From contig JASHOK010000006.1 of the NCBI GenBank assembly GCA_030041175.1, forward strand, positions 71,710 to 135,709: a DNA stretch of 64,000 nt, written 5' to 3'. Every line of letters begins with the position of its first letter. Positions within the stretch are counted from its first letter, which is position 1. This DNA is from Thermoplasmata archaeon. GTDB taxonomy: Archaea; Thermoplasmatota; Thermoplasmata; Lutacidiplasmatales; UBA184. Both the position numbers and the translations under genes were made by a program. Positions 51,849-60,985 of this stretch are shown here, piece after piece. The notes below the pieces were generated by a model that was not told the DNA's origin, did no database searches, and was given only the letters and a program-made list of their open reading frames with translations.

Positions 51849-53069
51849 ATGGAGGCCTTCTTCGGCCTTCTCGAACCGTATTCTAGTCTCTACGAGCGCG
51901 TCTTCAGCCTCTCCCGCGCACGGCACGAGCATGAGGAGCTGGTCGAAACGCTCCGGTCAGGCTTCGGGGTCCACGTAGAGGACCTCGACCAGCGGCTGCT
52001 CCAGGCCGCGGGCCGGAGCCCCTCGGTAGCGGCGGACCTTCGGGACCGGGTGGTCGAGACGATGGCCTTCGCCGGGCCGGGGGCTCAGGCGGCCAAGTCC
52101 CGCTTCCAGGACACGGTCGCGCGGCTCGACGGCGAGCAGCTGATCCAGGTCCTGACCCTGGCCCCGGCGATCCGTTTCGAGCGGGGCCGGGGCTCGCGAT
52201 CGCTTGCATCGTTCACGACGCTGCGCGTGCCGCTCACGAACCTGTTCTTCATGAGGGATCAGCAGGCCGTCACGGACCGCGGGATCGTGATCGGTCGGCT
52301 CGCGAAGCCCCAGCGGAGACGCGAGACCGAGATCACCTCCTTCGTCTGGCGGTCCTCCGGCGAACCGCCGATCGCGGAGGTCGAACGGGGCACCTTCGAG
52401 GGCGGGGACTTCCTGCCGGCCGACAACTTCGCGCTCGTCGGCACCGGGGACCGGTCGAACCCGACCGGCGTGCGGGAGTTCCTGGAGCGCGGCCTCGGCT
52501 TCCCCGAGGTCGGCGTCGTGCACCAGCCCCGGCACCCGCTGCTCGACCGGCCGGACCCGATGGTGAACATGCACCTCGATACGTACCTCAACTTCCCCGC
52601 CGAAGGCGTCGCGGTCGGGTACCCGGAGATGCTCGCGACCGCCCGGGTGGAGGTCTACGTTCGGGATTCGCAGAGCTATCACCGACTCCGGGAAACGACC
52701 CTGCTCTCGTATCTCCAGTCGGACCACGGATTCCGCGTGGTTCCGATCTCGACGCTCGAGCAGTTGTGCTACGCCACGAATTTTCTCACGATCCGGGACC
52801 GGGTGATCGTCGTCCCGGACGTCTCCCGGAACGCCGAGCGGGTGCTGACGAACCTGCGCCAGGTCGCCGAACGCGACCCGCGCCGGTATCATCGCCTGTA
52901 TCTACGGGCCGCCCGGGAGTTCACGGAGCTACGGGCCGAGGACCGGTTCTTCCCCCGGACGCCCGAGGCACGGGAGGTCGGCCTTCAGTCGGTCCGAGTC
53001 CCTCTCGAGAACCTCACCGGGGCCTTCGGCGGCGCCCACTGTCTCACGGCCACGCTCGAGCGGGGCTGA
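51849..53069 (+). CDS. Arginine deiminase-family (guanidino-group modifying) enzyme
   Basis: Motifs present: NLFFMRDQ, FEGGDFLP, VGTGDRSN, VNMHLDTYLN and C-terminal GGAHCLT (catalytic Cys). This motif order matches ADI/amidinotransferase-fold enzymes. Confidence 0.8.
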   Translation: MEAFFGLLEPYSSLYERVFSLSRARHEHEELVETLRSGFGVHVEDLDQRLLQAAGRSPSVAADLRDRVVETMAFAGPGAQAAKSRFQDTVARLDGEQLIQVLTLAPAIRFERGRGSRSLASFTTLRVPLTNLFFMRDQQAVTDRGIVIGRLAKPQRRRETEITSFVWRSSGEPPIAEVERGTFEGGDFLPADNFALVGTGDRSNPTGVREFLERGLGFPEVGVVHQPRHPLLDRPDPMVNMHLDTYLNFPAEGVAVGYPEMLATARVEVYVRDSQSYHRLRETTLLSYLQSDHGFRVVPISTLEQLCYATNFLTIRDRVIVVPDVSRNAERVLTNLRQVAERDPRRYHRLYLRAAREFTELRAEDRFFPRTPEAREVGLQSVRVPLENLTGAFGGAHCLTATLERG

Positions 53070-53074
53070 CGCCG

Positions 53075-53440
53075 TCAGCGCGCCGGTCGGGCGGCGGCGA
53101 CCACCACGAGGTCCTGCGCCGCCGGCGTCGCCGAGATCACGGTGGTCAGTCGGACAAGGACGGCGGGCGTGGCGCGTCGCCGGGACGCGGACAGCTGCTC
53201 GATCAGCACGAGGAGCTCGTGGCGGCTGCGGCCGGTGAGCCGTTCCAGGGCGTCGAGCCGGCGGTCCCGGATCGCCCGCCGAAGGGCGTCCCGGACCCCT
53301 CGAGAGGCGCGGTCCCCCAGCGCCGGCACCACGACGGCGGCGAGGTACGCGAGCGCCTCCCGGTCGGCGGGGTCGGGCGGCGCGTCGGCGCTCGAGACGG
53401 GCCCGGACCAGCCGGCGGACCCCGAGGACGGAGTTTCCAT
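53075..53440 (-). CDS. Hypothetical protein downstream of the DNA methyltransferase
   Basis: 121-aa ORF starting 6 nt after the MTase stop. It is Arg/Ala-rich and helical (..LTGRSRHELLVLIEQLSASRRR..). No domain recognised. Confidence 0.4.
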   Translation of the reverse strand: METPSSGSAGWSGPVSSADAPPDPADREALAYLAAVVVPALGDRASRGVRDALRRAIRDRRLDALERLTGRSRHELLVLIEQLSASRRRATPAVLVRLTTVISATPAAQDLVVVAAARPAR

Positions 53441-53446
53441 CGGGGA

Positions 53447-54316
53447 TTACTGGCGTCGGTCCGGGGGATGAGTCTTGCGCCGGAGTTGCCGCGGCCCAAT
53501 GGGAACTCGGGCCAGCTCGGTCTCGACCCGGCGCCGGGCTACGGCCAGATACTGCTCGTCCACGTCAAACCCGACGAAGGGCAGGCCGAGTCTCGCCGCC
53601 GCGATCGCCGAGGCGCCGAGGCCGAGGAAGGGGTCGACGGCCTGGCGGATCCGGTCCACTCCGTGCAGCCGGAAGCAGCGCTCGGGAAGCTCCGGGGGGA
53701 AGGTCGCCGGATGCGGCCGGTCCGTCGCCCGCCGCCGGATGGTGGCATAGGGCAGGAACCAGGTGTTCCCCCGGCACCGCAGGTCCCGACGAGCGCCTCC
53801 CCAGCGGGCGACGTTGCTCTTGTCCTGGTACGGGACCCCGACCGCCAGTCGGTCGAGTCGGACGTCGCCCCGGTGGCTGAAGTGGAAGATGTACTCCTGA
53901 GCGCCGTGCAGGAACCGGGACGACGGAACGGGCTTGTAGTGCCCGACCGCGATGTCCCCGGTGAGGTGCGATGTGGCGCCCGCCAGCGATCGCTCGATCG
54001 CGATCGACTTCACCCAGTGGATCACGTTCTGTAGGACGAACCGGGACCGTACCTCCTGGGCCACGTCGAGCGGCAGCCACGGGTCGGTCGGCGAGCCGCC
54101 GACGTTCAGGAAGAACGAGCCATCGGGCGCGAGAGCGGTGCGCACGGCATCGGCGACCCGCCCGATCCACGCGAGATACTCCGCCCTCGGGCGCCGGTCC
54201 GCGTACCGGTGGTACGCCATGCCCCGGTTGTAGGGCGGCGAGGTGACGACCACGTCGACGCTGCCGGCCGGCAGCCGCCGCGGCAGGCCCGGGAGGCAGT
54301 CCTCCTGCCAGAGCAC
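53447..54316 (-). CDS. Site-specific DNA methyltransferase, beta-class N4-C/N6-A (orphan)
   Basis: The sequence reads VLWQEDCLPGLPRRLPAGSVDVVVTSPPYN (motif IV), then ..FFLNVG.., ..HPATFPPELPERCFRLHG and AVDPFLGLGASAIAAARLGLPFVGFDVD (motif I). The start is set at the in-frame GTG at 54316. The 760-aa track ORF is this gene fused to an alternate frame of the ATPase gene. Confidence 0.85.
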   Translation of the reverse strand: MLWQEDCLPGLPRRLPAGSVDVVVTSPPYNRGMAYHRYADRRPRAEYLAWIGRVADAVRTALAPDGSFFLNVGGSPTDPWLPLDVAQEVRSRFVLQNVIHWVKSIAIERSLAGATSHLTGDIAVGHYKPVPSSRFLHGAQEYIFHFSHRGDVRLDRLAVGVPYQDKSNVARWGGARRDLRCRGNTWFLPYATIRRRATDRPHPATFPPELPERCFRLHGVDRIRQAVDPFLGLGASAIAAARLGLPFVGFDVDEQYLAVARRRVETELARVPIGPRQLRRKTHPPDRRQ

Positions 54317-54417
54317 GAGGGAGCCCCCGGACCGTTCCGTCAGACGGGCGAACGGTGGATCTGCAGAACGGGACGTGCCAAGCCCTCCGGTGCCGGAGGG
54401 CGAGACGGACCGGAACT

Positions 54418-56214
54418 TTACGCCGCCGCTGCCGCCGGTGCCTTCGCGGCCGCCGCCTTGGATCGCTCCAGGTCGGCGCGCGCCTCGGCCGCGGCGTTCG
54501 CGGGGTCCTTGTAGTACGATGCGACGACCCGGCCCACGTCCCGGTGGGTGAACGGCTGCGCGCGCGTGGCGAGCGAGTCCTTCCACTTGAGATACTCGAG
54601 CATGTCGGCGCGTCGGCGGACCTCCCGCTCCATCTCCTTCATCGTCCAGTTCTTGGAGACCGCCACTCGCTCGTAGATGTAGGAGTGGCCGCTGTAGAGG
54701 AAGGTGTCGTCCGCCGGGTTCCACGAGTAGACCGAGTTCGTGATGAGCTCGTTCGTCTCGGGGTCGAGACCGACGATCTCCGTCAGCGACTGCACCCGGC
54801 GGGTCATCTTCGTGCCGACCTTCACCTGACGCTGGAGCAGGACCAGGTTGAGCGCGCTCACGAGCGACCGCGGGAGCGAGATCGGGGGATTCTCCATCCG
54901 GTGGACCATCGCCGCCACGGACTCCGCGTGGAACGTCGTGTAGCAGGTCTTGCCGGTCGCCATCGCCTGGAAGACGATGAACGCCTCGGCGCCTCGGACC
55001 TCTCCGACCATCAGGTACTGGGGCCGCTGCCGGAGGGCGGCGGCCAGCAGGTCGAACATGTCGATCTCCCCCGGGGCCTTGCCGGTCAGCTGGTTCTTCG
55101 CCCCGAAGCCGCTCCGCGTCAGCGCCGGGATCCAGTTCTCGTGCGGCAGGTTGAGCTCCCGCGTGTCCTCGATGCTGACGATCTTCATCTGCGGCGGAAT
55201 GAACAGGAGCGTGGCGTTCAGCGTGGTCGTCTTGCCCGAGGCCGTGCCTCCGCAGACCATCATCGACTGGCCGTTCTCGATGGCGATCCAGAGATACGCC
55301 ATCATCTCGGGGCTCATCGTGCGGAATTTGATCAGGTCGACCGGCGTGAAGGGATTGTCCCGGAACCGACGGATCGTGAACGTGCTGCCGCGCTTGGTGA
55401 CGTGGGTTCCGAGCGTCGCTTGCAGCCGGGAGCCGTCCGGCACGGTCGCGTCCAGCACCGGGCTTGCGACCGAGATCGACTTGCCGGACCGCTGGGCCAG
55501 CCAGACCACGTACTCGTCGAGCTCCTTCGACGACGTGAACTTGAGATTCGACCGGATCGAGCCGTAGACCCGGTGGTAGATGTAGAGGGGAATGCCGACG
55601 CCATCGCAGGAAATGTCCTCGACCTGGCTGTCGGTCATCGGCACGTCGACAACGCCGTAACCGAGGAAATCCCGTTCCAGGTAGTAGACGAGCCGGCCCT
55701 TGGTGGCCGGACTGGGGGAGAGCTGCCACTTCAGGAGCTGGTCGTCGACCATCCGGCGGAGCTCCCGGCGCCGGGCATCGTTCTCGGCCTCGGGCAGCGG
55801 CTGGAACTCCTCGATCAGCCCGACCCGGAGCTTGTCGAGCAGGTCTCGCTCGAGCGCCGCCAGCGGCGGCTCGATGACCTCGTACAGGTGCTCGTTGTAC
55901 AGGTTGTTGAACGTGATCCGGACGTACGAGAAACCCTCCCGGATCGGGGCGATATCGAGTTCCGTGAGGTTCGCGTCATCCAGCGGAGGAATCGGCGTCA
56001 CATCGCCGACCGCGCCCTGGCCGGAGATGCCGAGCCGGGCCAGCTTGACCGACCGGGGTTCCTCGCGGCCCCGTCGCATGCGGGCGCCGATCCGGAGGAA
56101 CGGGGAGAAGCTGCTCTTCGGCTGCGACGACCCCGCGCCCTTGGCGGCCTTCCGAGGACGCGAGGGCGTCCCGGTTCCGCCCGAGTCCGTATCCGCTACG
56201 CCGGCATCGGCCAT
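54418..56214 (-). CDS. Type IV filament assembly ATPase, FlaI/ArlI/PilB (GspE) family, copy 1
   Basis: Walker A is MMVCGGTASGKTTTLNA. Other boxes are KIVSIEDTRELNLPHENWIP and LMVGEVRGAEAF, with TFHA as the His box. The archaeal-type N-terminal domain reads Y.EVIEPPL...E..LL. An Ala-rich C-terminal tail is present. Confidence 0.92.
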   Translation of the reverse strand: MADAGVADTDSGGTGTPSRPRKAAKGAGSSQPKSSFSPFLRIGARMRRGREEPRSVKLARLGISGQGAVGDVTPIPPLDDANLTELDIAPIREGFSYVRITFNNLYNEHLYEVIEPPLAALERDLLDKLRVGLIEEFQPLPEAENDARRRELRRMVDDQLLKWQLSPSPATKGRLVYYLERDFLGYGVVDVPMTDSQVEDISCDGVGIPLYIYHRVYGSIRSNLKFTSSKELDEYVVWLAQRSGKSISVASPVLDATVPDGSRLQATLGTHVTKRGSTFTIRRFRDNPFTPVDLIKFRTMSPEMMAYLWIAIENGQSMMVCGGTASGKTTTLNATLLFIPPQMKIVSIEDTRELNLPHENWIPALTRSGFGAKNQLTGKAPGEIDMFDLLAAALRQRPQYLMVGEVRGAEAFIVFQAMATGKTCYTTFHAESVAAMVHRMENPPISLPRSLVSALNLVLLQRQVKVGTKMTRRVQSLTEIVGLDPETNELITNSVYSWNPADDTFLYSGHSYIYERVAVSKNWTMKEMEREVRRRADMLEYLKWKDSLATRAQPFTHRDVGRVVASYYKDPANAAAEARADLERSKAAAAKAPAAAAA

Positions 56215-56224
56215 GGAGACCCTC

Positions 56225-57244
56225 TTACGAGGTCACCCCCGGGACGACCAGGTTGGGCACGAAGTATCGCATGAAGAGCCACCCGGAGGCCAGCATGATG
56301 GTGGCGTGCTGGAGTCCCTCGGAGATTCGGCCGTTGATGATGACGCCCGACATGATCCCGTCCCCGATCGCGTGCACGATGACGGCCACCATGAACGCGA
56401 GGAAGAGCTCCGGGATGGCACTGAAGTTGAGGGAGATGGCGGACGCTCCCCCGGCACTGGTGCCGGAGTTCGCGATGCTGCTGCCCGCGGTGATCATCTG
56501 CGGCAGGAAGACTGCCGCCATGATGTAGATCGTGACGAGGAACACGTAGAACGAGATGTAGATGACCGTGAGATAGGTCAGCATCGTGATCTGGCGCTCC
56601 TGGGTCGTGATCTGCACGTCCCGGGTGTCGCGCGCGACCATCGACAGAACATCGGCCACGTTGCCGCCGGCCTCGTTGGCCTTGATGATGATCGAGACGG
56701 TCCGAGCGACGAGCGGTGTCTGCACCCGGTCCTTGAACAGGGAGAGCGCCGTGGAGACCGGGACCCCCCATTCGAGCTGGCTCGCCATCTTCTTGATCTC
56801 GCCCGTCAGAAGGTCGTAGCGGCCCTTGCTCGCCACGATGATGGCGTCCGGCAGCGTCATGCCGAACCGGCCGGCTTCGGCCACATCGCGGAGGAAGTCC
56901 GGGAGGCGGCTCTCGATCCGGCTGATGCGTCGGTACTGCGCGCTCGCGAGGAATCCGTATGGGCCGATGATGACCAGCGTGCCCATCACGGCGAAGTCGA
57001 TGGCGGGGTTCGCCCCCACGGGCTCACCGGGTCGGACAAGGATCGATAGGATCCCGAGGTAGTTGAGCGCCGCGATCGCGTACAGCACGAACCCGATCGG
57101 CAGGCAGACGTAGAGCGCGAGCCGCTCCGAGGCGATCGTCGGGCGCACCTTCTCGGTGCCGAGCGTGACCGAGGCGCCGAGGGTTCGAGGGGCGGTGACC
57201 GTTGTCGTTGCCGTCGCGGTTGCCATCTTAGACCTCCGAAGCAA
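56225..57244 (-). CDS. Type II secretion F-domain membrane protein (half-size FlaJ/TadC-like platform subunit)
   Basis: 339 aa: RLPDFLRDVAEAGRFGMTLPDAIIVASKGRYDLLTGEIKKMASQLEWGVPVSTALSLF, flanked by TM helices. It contains one T2SSF domain rather than the two found in full-length FlaJ. Confidence 0.85.
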   Translation of the reverse strand: MLRRSKMATATATTTVTAPRTLGASVTLGTEKVRPTIASERLALYVCLPIGFVLYAIAALNYLGILSILVRPGEPVGANPAIDFAVMGTLVIIGPYGFLASAQYRRISRIESRLPDFLRDVAEAGRFGMTLPDAIIVASKGRYDLLTGEIKKMASQLEWGVPVSTALSLFKDRVQTPLVARTVSIIIKANEAGGNVADVLSMVARDTRDVQITTQERQITMLTYLTVIYISFYVFLVTIYIMAAVFLPQMITAGSSIANSGTSAGGASAISLNFSAIPELFLAFMVAVIVHAIGDGIMSGVIINGRISEGLQHATIMLASGWLFMRYFVPNLVVPGVTS

Positions 57245-58238
57245 GACCCTGCATGTAGAGGATGAAGACGAACTGGAAGGCGGGGATCATCGCCCCGATG
57301 ATGCCCCAGAGGATCTCGAGGAGACTGCCGCCCCCGCTGCCGATGATCGCAAAGATGGCGATCACAATGACCAGGAACAGGGGAAACGCCACGACCACTG
57401 TCACGAACGTTTCGGCGAGGAGACCCATCGTCTCCGTCCGGCGCATCACATCCAGCTTGTTCTCCCGCTGGTACTGTTCGGCCTTGAGCAGGAAGTACGG
57501 CTTGAGCTGGCCGCCCGAAGTGGCGGTCGTCACGACGCCCTGAAGGAAGTCCTGGAACCGCTTCGAGGGCGTGCGGTTCGCTCCGATGCGGATCGCACTC
57601 AGGATATCGACACCGAGCAGTTCGGTGTCGCGAGTGATCCAGGCAGCCTCCTCGGCCACCGCGCCGTAGATCTTCTCCTGGGCCAGGTCCCGGAAGATCT
57701 GGTCGATGTTGACGTCCGCCGACGCCATGGCGCTGACGAAGCTCATCGCCGCGCCAATCCGCCGGTCGATCTCGACCCCCCGGCGCTTGGCATTCGAGGC
57801 CGGGGTCGACTTGAGCAGCAGGTTGGTGAGGCCGGTGCCTCCGACCGGGATCAGGACGCCGACGAGCACCGCGAAGACCAGGGTTGTGAGGCCCGTGCCC
57901 GAGAGATAGATCAGGACGCCGAGAACCACTCCCGCCACGGCCAGCGCCGCGGCGGTGACGAACGTCGCGGCCATGACCCACGCCAGGTACTCTTCCGCTC
58001 GCAGGCGCATGTGGGCCTTGAGGAGATTCTCCTCGAGGAGCGCTTCCGCCGGGCCCATCTGGACCCGGTCCTTGAACCGGGTCCAGGCCCATTGCTGGAA
58101 CGGCGTCAGCGGGGCGCGCGACGGTTGCTCGCCACGCTTGACGCGAACCGTCCGGACCTCGGTGATATCGTCCGGTCCCTGGGTCCGAGCCCGGGCGGCA
58201 CGTGCGGCGGTAGGACTGGCCACGTCCGTCGCCGGCAT
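57228..58238 (-). CDS. Type II secretion F-domain membrane protein (half-size FlaJ/TadB-like platform subunit)
   Basis: 336 aa: IDRRIGAAMSFVSAMASADVNIDQIFRDLAQEKIYGAVAEEAAWITRDTELLGVDILSAIRIGA, flanked by TM helices. It overlaps the next gene by 17 nt, and its start codon shares a single base (58238) with the upstream ATPase stop codon. Confidence 0.85.
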   Translation of the reverse strand: MPATDVASPTAARAARARTQGPDDITEVRTVRVKRGEQPSRAPLTPFQQWAWTRFKDRVQMGPAEALLEENLLKAHMRLRAEEYLAWVMAATFVTAAALAVAGVVLGVLIYLSGTGLTTLVFAVLVGVLIPVGGTGLTNLLLKSTPASNAKRRGVEIDRRIGAAMSFVSAMASADVNIDQIFRDLAQEKIYGAVAEEAAWITRDTELLGVDILSAIRIGANRTPSKRFQDFLQGVVTTATSGGQLKPYFLLKAEQYQRENKLDVMRRTETMGLLAETFVTVVVAFPLFLVIVIAIFAIIGSGGGSLLEILWGIIGAMIPAFQFVFILYMQGLASEV

Positions 58239-59884
58239 CAGCTGGCCGCCTCTCCCGCCGGCTGGACCTTCTCCATTACGGTCTTCGGGTCCTTGTAGTA
58301 GTCAGTGACCATCTTCCAGAGTGCCCGGTAGTCGTCCATCTTCTGGTGGACGAGGAAGCGCACGACGAGGACGCGCCGCTGGAACTCGGCTTCCATCTCC
58401 TCGTGGGTGTAATTCTTGAGTTCCATGATCTTGTCGAAGAGGAACGAGTGGCCCTTGAACACGAACTTGTCCGTGGCCGGGTCCCACTCGTAGACCGTGT
58501 TGGTGATGAGCTCGTTCGTTTCGGGCTCGAACCCGACGATCTCGAGCACCTGCTTCAGCCGCCGGACCACGCCCTTCTCGGTCCGGGCCTGGATCTGAAT
58601 CACGACGTTGTTGAGCGCCGAGAGGAGAATCCGGGGGGTATTGATCGGGGGATTCTCGAGCCGGTTGACCATCGACTTCACGCTGTCCGCGTGCATCGTC
58701 GAGTACGTCGTGTGGCCGGTGGCCATTGCCTGGAACATCGTGTACGTCTCTTTCCCACGGACCTCTCCGACGATGATGTAGTTCGGCCGCTGCCGCAGCG
58801 CCGCCCGGACCAGGTCGAACATATCGACCTCGCCCGCGGCCTTTCCGTCCGGGCCGCGGTCACCGGTACCGCTGCGTGTGGCGCCCGGGATCCAGTTCTC
58901 GTGCGGGAGGTTGACCTCGCGGGTATCCTCGATGCTGACGATCTTGGCGGTGGGGGGGATGAATAGCGCGATAGCGTTGAGCGTGCTGGTCTTGCCCGCG
59001 GCGGGGCCGCCGCAGATCATCATCGACTCCCCCTGTTCGGCCGCGAGCCAGAAGTAGGCCACCATCTCCTCGTTGGCGCTGCCGGCGTTGACCAGGTCCA
59101 CCGGGGTCCACGGCCGCTCCTTGAACCGGCGGATCGTGAACGTTCCACCGCGGGTCGTCACCTCGTGCGCGTAGCTCGCCTGCACCCGGTGTCCTTCGGG
59201 TGTCGTTCCGTCCAGGATCGGGTTCGAGACCGAGACCGACTTCGAGCACCGCTGGCCGAGCTGGACGATGAAGGAGTTCAGTTGATCCTCGTCCGGGAAG
59301 ACGATGTTCGTCTTGACCGACTCGAATCGACCGTGAAAGACGAAGAGCGGGACCTCGACTCCGTCGCAGGAGATGTCCTCGATGTTCGTGTCCAGGATCA
59401 GCGTGTCGACGGGGCCGTAGCCGATGAAGTCGCGCTGGATGTAGTAGATGATGCGCTCGGTCGACAGCGGACTCAGCTGGATGCCCCGGGTCTTGAGGAA
59501 CTCCTCGACGACGCCGCGGAGGTAGGCCTTCTTGTCGCCCGAGGTCATCGAGGCGACCTCGGCGCCGATAATCTTCCCCATCGTCTCTTTGAGATGGTTC
59601 AGGAGCTCTCGTTCGTGGGTCGACAACTGGGGCTCGATGGCCTCGTAGATGTACTCCTTCGTTCGGTCGTTGTAGGTGACCCGAGAGTAGGAGTACGGCG
59701 GATTGATCGGCCGGATCTCGATGACCTTCGCTCCCTCGGCGGGGAGCGCCGGCATGGCGGTGATGAAGGTGCCCGGCAGGTCCGTGGTCGGGAGGCCTTC
59801 CTGGTCGACCCCCGCAGGGGGCTCGGGCTTTTCGCCGCTGGCGTTGCGCGGGATCTTGACGCGATAGGAGGCGAGACTCGCCAC
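58238..59884 (-). CDS. Type IV filament ATPase, FlaI/ArlI/PilB (GspE) family, copy 2
   Basis: Walker A is MMICGGPAAGKTSTLNA. Other boxes are KIVSIEDTREVNLPHENWIP, IIVGEVRGKETY and TMHA. Start set at GTG 59884, 2 nt after the pilin gene stop. The 617-aa track ORF is an upstream extension into the pilin gene. Confidence 0.9.
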   Translation of the reverse strand: MASLASYRVKIPRNASGEKPEPPAGVDQEGLPTTDLPGTFITAMPALPAEGAKVIEIRPINPPYSYSRVTYNDRTKEYIYEAIEPQLSTHERELLNHLKETMGKIIGAEVASMTSGDKKAYLRGVVEEFLKTRGIQLSPLSTERIIYYIQRDFIGYGPVDTLILDTNIEDISCDGVEVPLFVFHGRFESVKTNIVFPDEDQLNSFIVQLGQRCSKSVSVSNPILDGTTPEGHRVQASYAHEVTTRGGTFTIRRFKERPWTPVDLVNAGSANEEMVAYFWLAAEQGESMMICGGPAAGKTSTLNAIALFIPPTAKIVSIEDTREVNLPHENWIPGATRSGTGDRGPDGKAAGEVDMFDLVRAALRQRPNYIIVGEVRGKETYTMFQAMATGHTTYSTMHADSVKSMVNRLENPPINTPRILLSALNNVVIQIQARTEKGVVRRLKQVLEIVGFEPETNELITNTVYEWDPATDKFVFKGHSFLFDKIMELKNYTHEEMEAEFQRRVLVVRFLVHQKMDDYRALWKMVTDYYKDPKTVMEKVQPAGEAAS

Positions 59885-59886
59885 GG

Positions 59887-60831
59887 TCAGACCACCCCGA
59901 TACCGGCGGACAGCTGGAAGTTCGCCAGGAGGAGGGTCACCGTGGCAATGTTCGTAATCTCTACGTCGACGGTCTTGGCCTCGCCCCCGACGGACACACA
60001 CCCGGAGGTATCGACCGACGTGACGCTCATCTGGCTCGCCGTGACGTTGGCGGCAGAGCGCGACGAGAGGAAGAAGTTGGTCCAGGCGCACGGATAGTGG
60101 GTCGTCACGTTGAGGAAGAAGGAGGAGACAGCCGCCGTGTTGTTGTTCCGGAGGGTTTGCGTGTCGCCGAGCAGGCTGGAATAGGCCTGGATCGTTCCGG
60201 GCGAGGTCAGCCGGGTCGCGTTGCCGTACATCTGGGTCAGCGAGAGGGTCAGGCTGAGCGACGTACCCATCTTCTGGAGAGCAAAGATCGGTGGGTAGAC
60301 GATCAGCTGGTTCGTGTCACTCTCGTATTGGATGACGGCTCCGTCCTCCATCTCAAAGGTGGTCGGAGTGTAGTATCGGTTCGGGAGCGTGAGCGTGAGG
60401 GTCCCGAGCGACCCCCCGAAGGTCTGGTGGTAGAGGGTATTGGCGGTAAGGAAGTTGGGGATCGTGAGGCTGACGGACGCTCCCGGCGTACGGGGAAGGA
60501 ACGCCAGCGTTCCGGTGGTAGGTACCGAGAGCAGGGGCACCGACTGCGAACTCATCGTGAAGGGCGTGGACAGGACGGGCGGGCCTCCCGTGGCGGCCTG
60601 GAGCTGCATGTTGGACTGGAGCTCGGCCATCGAGGTGGCGATTCCAGCGGTGAAATCCGACTCGTTGTCCGACATCCAGAGAGGCATGTAGAAGGTCAGG
60701 AACGTTCCGAACAACGACAGGAAGACAAGTAGGGAGAGCAGGGTTCCTACGACCGCCACCAGGCCCCGACGGCTCCTCCGGAGCCGTCGAATGCGAGCGC
60801 GGTGCGCCCGAGTACGAACGGAAACCCCCAT
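59887..60831 (-). CDS. Archaeal type IV pilin-like protein (class III signal peptide), large 314 aa
   Basis: The N-terminus reads RRLRRSRRG-LVAVVGTLLSLLVFLSLFGTFLTFYM: a basic leader, a G at -1 and a hydrophobic helix typical of prepilin-peptidase (PibD/EppA) substrates. The remainder is Ser/Thr-rich with several N-x-S/T sequons. Confidence 0.75.
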   Translation of the reverse strand: MGVSVRTRAHRARIRRLRRSRRGLVAVVGTLLSLLVFLSLFGTFLTFYMPLWMSDNESDFTAGIATSMAELQSNMQLQAATGGPPVLSTPFTMSSQSVPLLSVPTTGTLAFLPRTPGASVSLTIPNFLTANTLYHQTFGGSLGTLTLTLPNRYYTPTTFEMEDGAVIQYESDTNQLIVYPPIFALQKMGTSLSLTLSLTQMYGNATRLTSPGTIQAYSSLLGDTQTLRNNNTAAVSSFFLNVTTHYPCAWTNFFLSSRSAANVTASQMSVTSVDTSGCVSVGGEAKTVDVEITNIATVTLLLANFQLSAGIGVV

Positions 60832-60891
60832 TGGCCCTGGACTCGCCCCGACCCGACGGCCCGGGGCAAGCAGAATTTACCCTCCTCCCTG

Positions 60892-60899
60892 TATAAATA
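60892..60899. promoter_or_regulatory. TATAAATA element in the divergent intergenic region between the pilin operon (-) and the ACT gene (+)
   Basis: It is the only AT-rich octamer in 60832-60985. It lies about 60 nt upstream of the pilin ATG and about 90 nt upstream of the ACT ATG. It could act as a TATA box in either direction. Confidence 0.35.
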
Positions 60900-60985
60900 C
60901 GCGCGGCCTCGGAATCGGCTCCGGAGCGGTACGGCGGAGCTAGCCTTTAGCTCCGGGCTCCTTGGGAGGCCCGAGGACGACCGGC

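Noticed and set aside
53447-55729. 760-aa minus-strand ORF taken as one gene
   Set aside because: Only the last 289 codons (from GTG 54316) show methyltransferase motifs. Upstream, it is an alternate frame of the ATPase gene (54418..56214) with Arg/Pro/Gly-rich nonsense.
54355-56274. 639-aa plus-strand ORF
   Set aside because: It is antisense to the FlaI-type ATPase, which has unambiguous Walker motifs. Its composition is typical of GC-rich antisense frames.
58238-60091. 617-aa version of ATPase copy 2
   Set aside because: The first 69 codons overlap the pilin gene and are Arg-rich. GTG 59884, directly after the pilin stop, gives a normal FlaI-type N-terminus.
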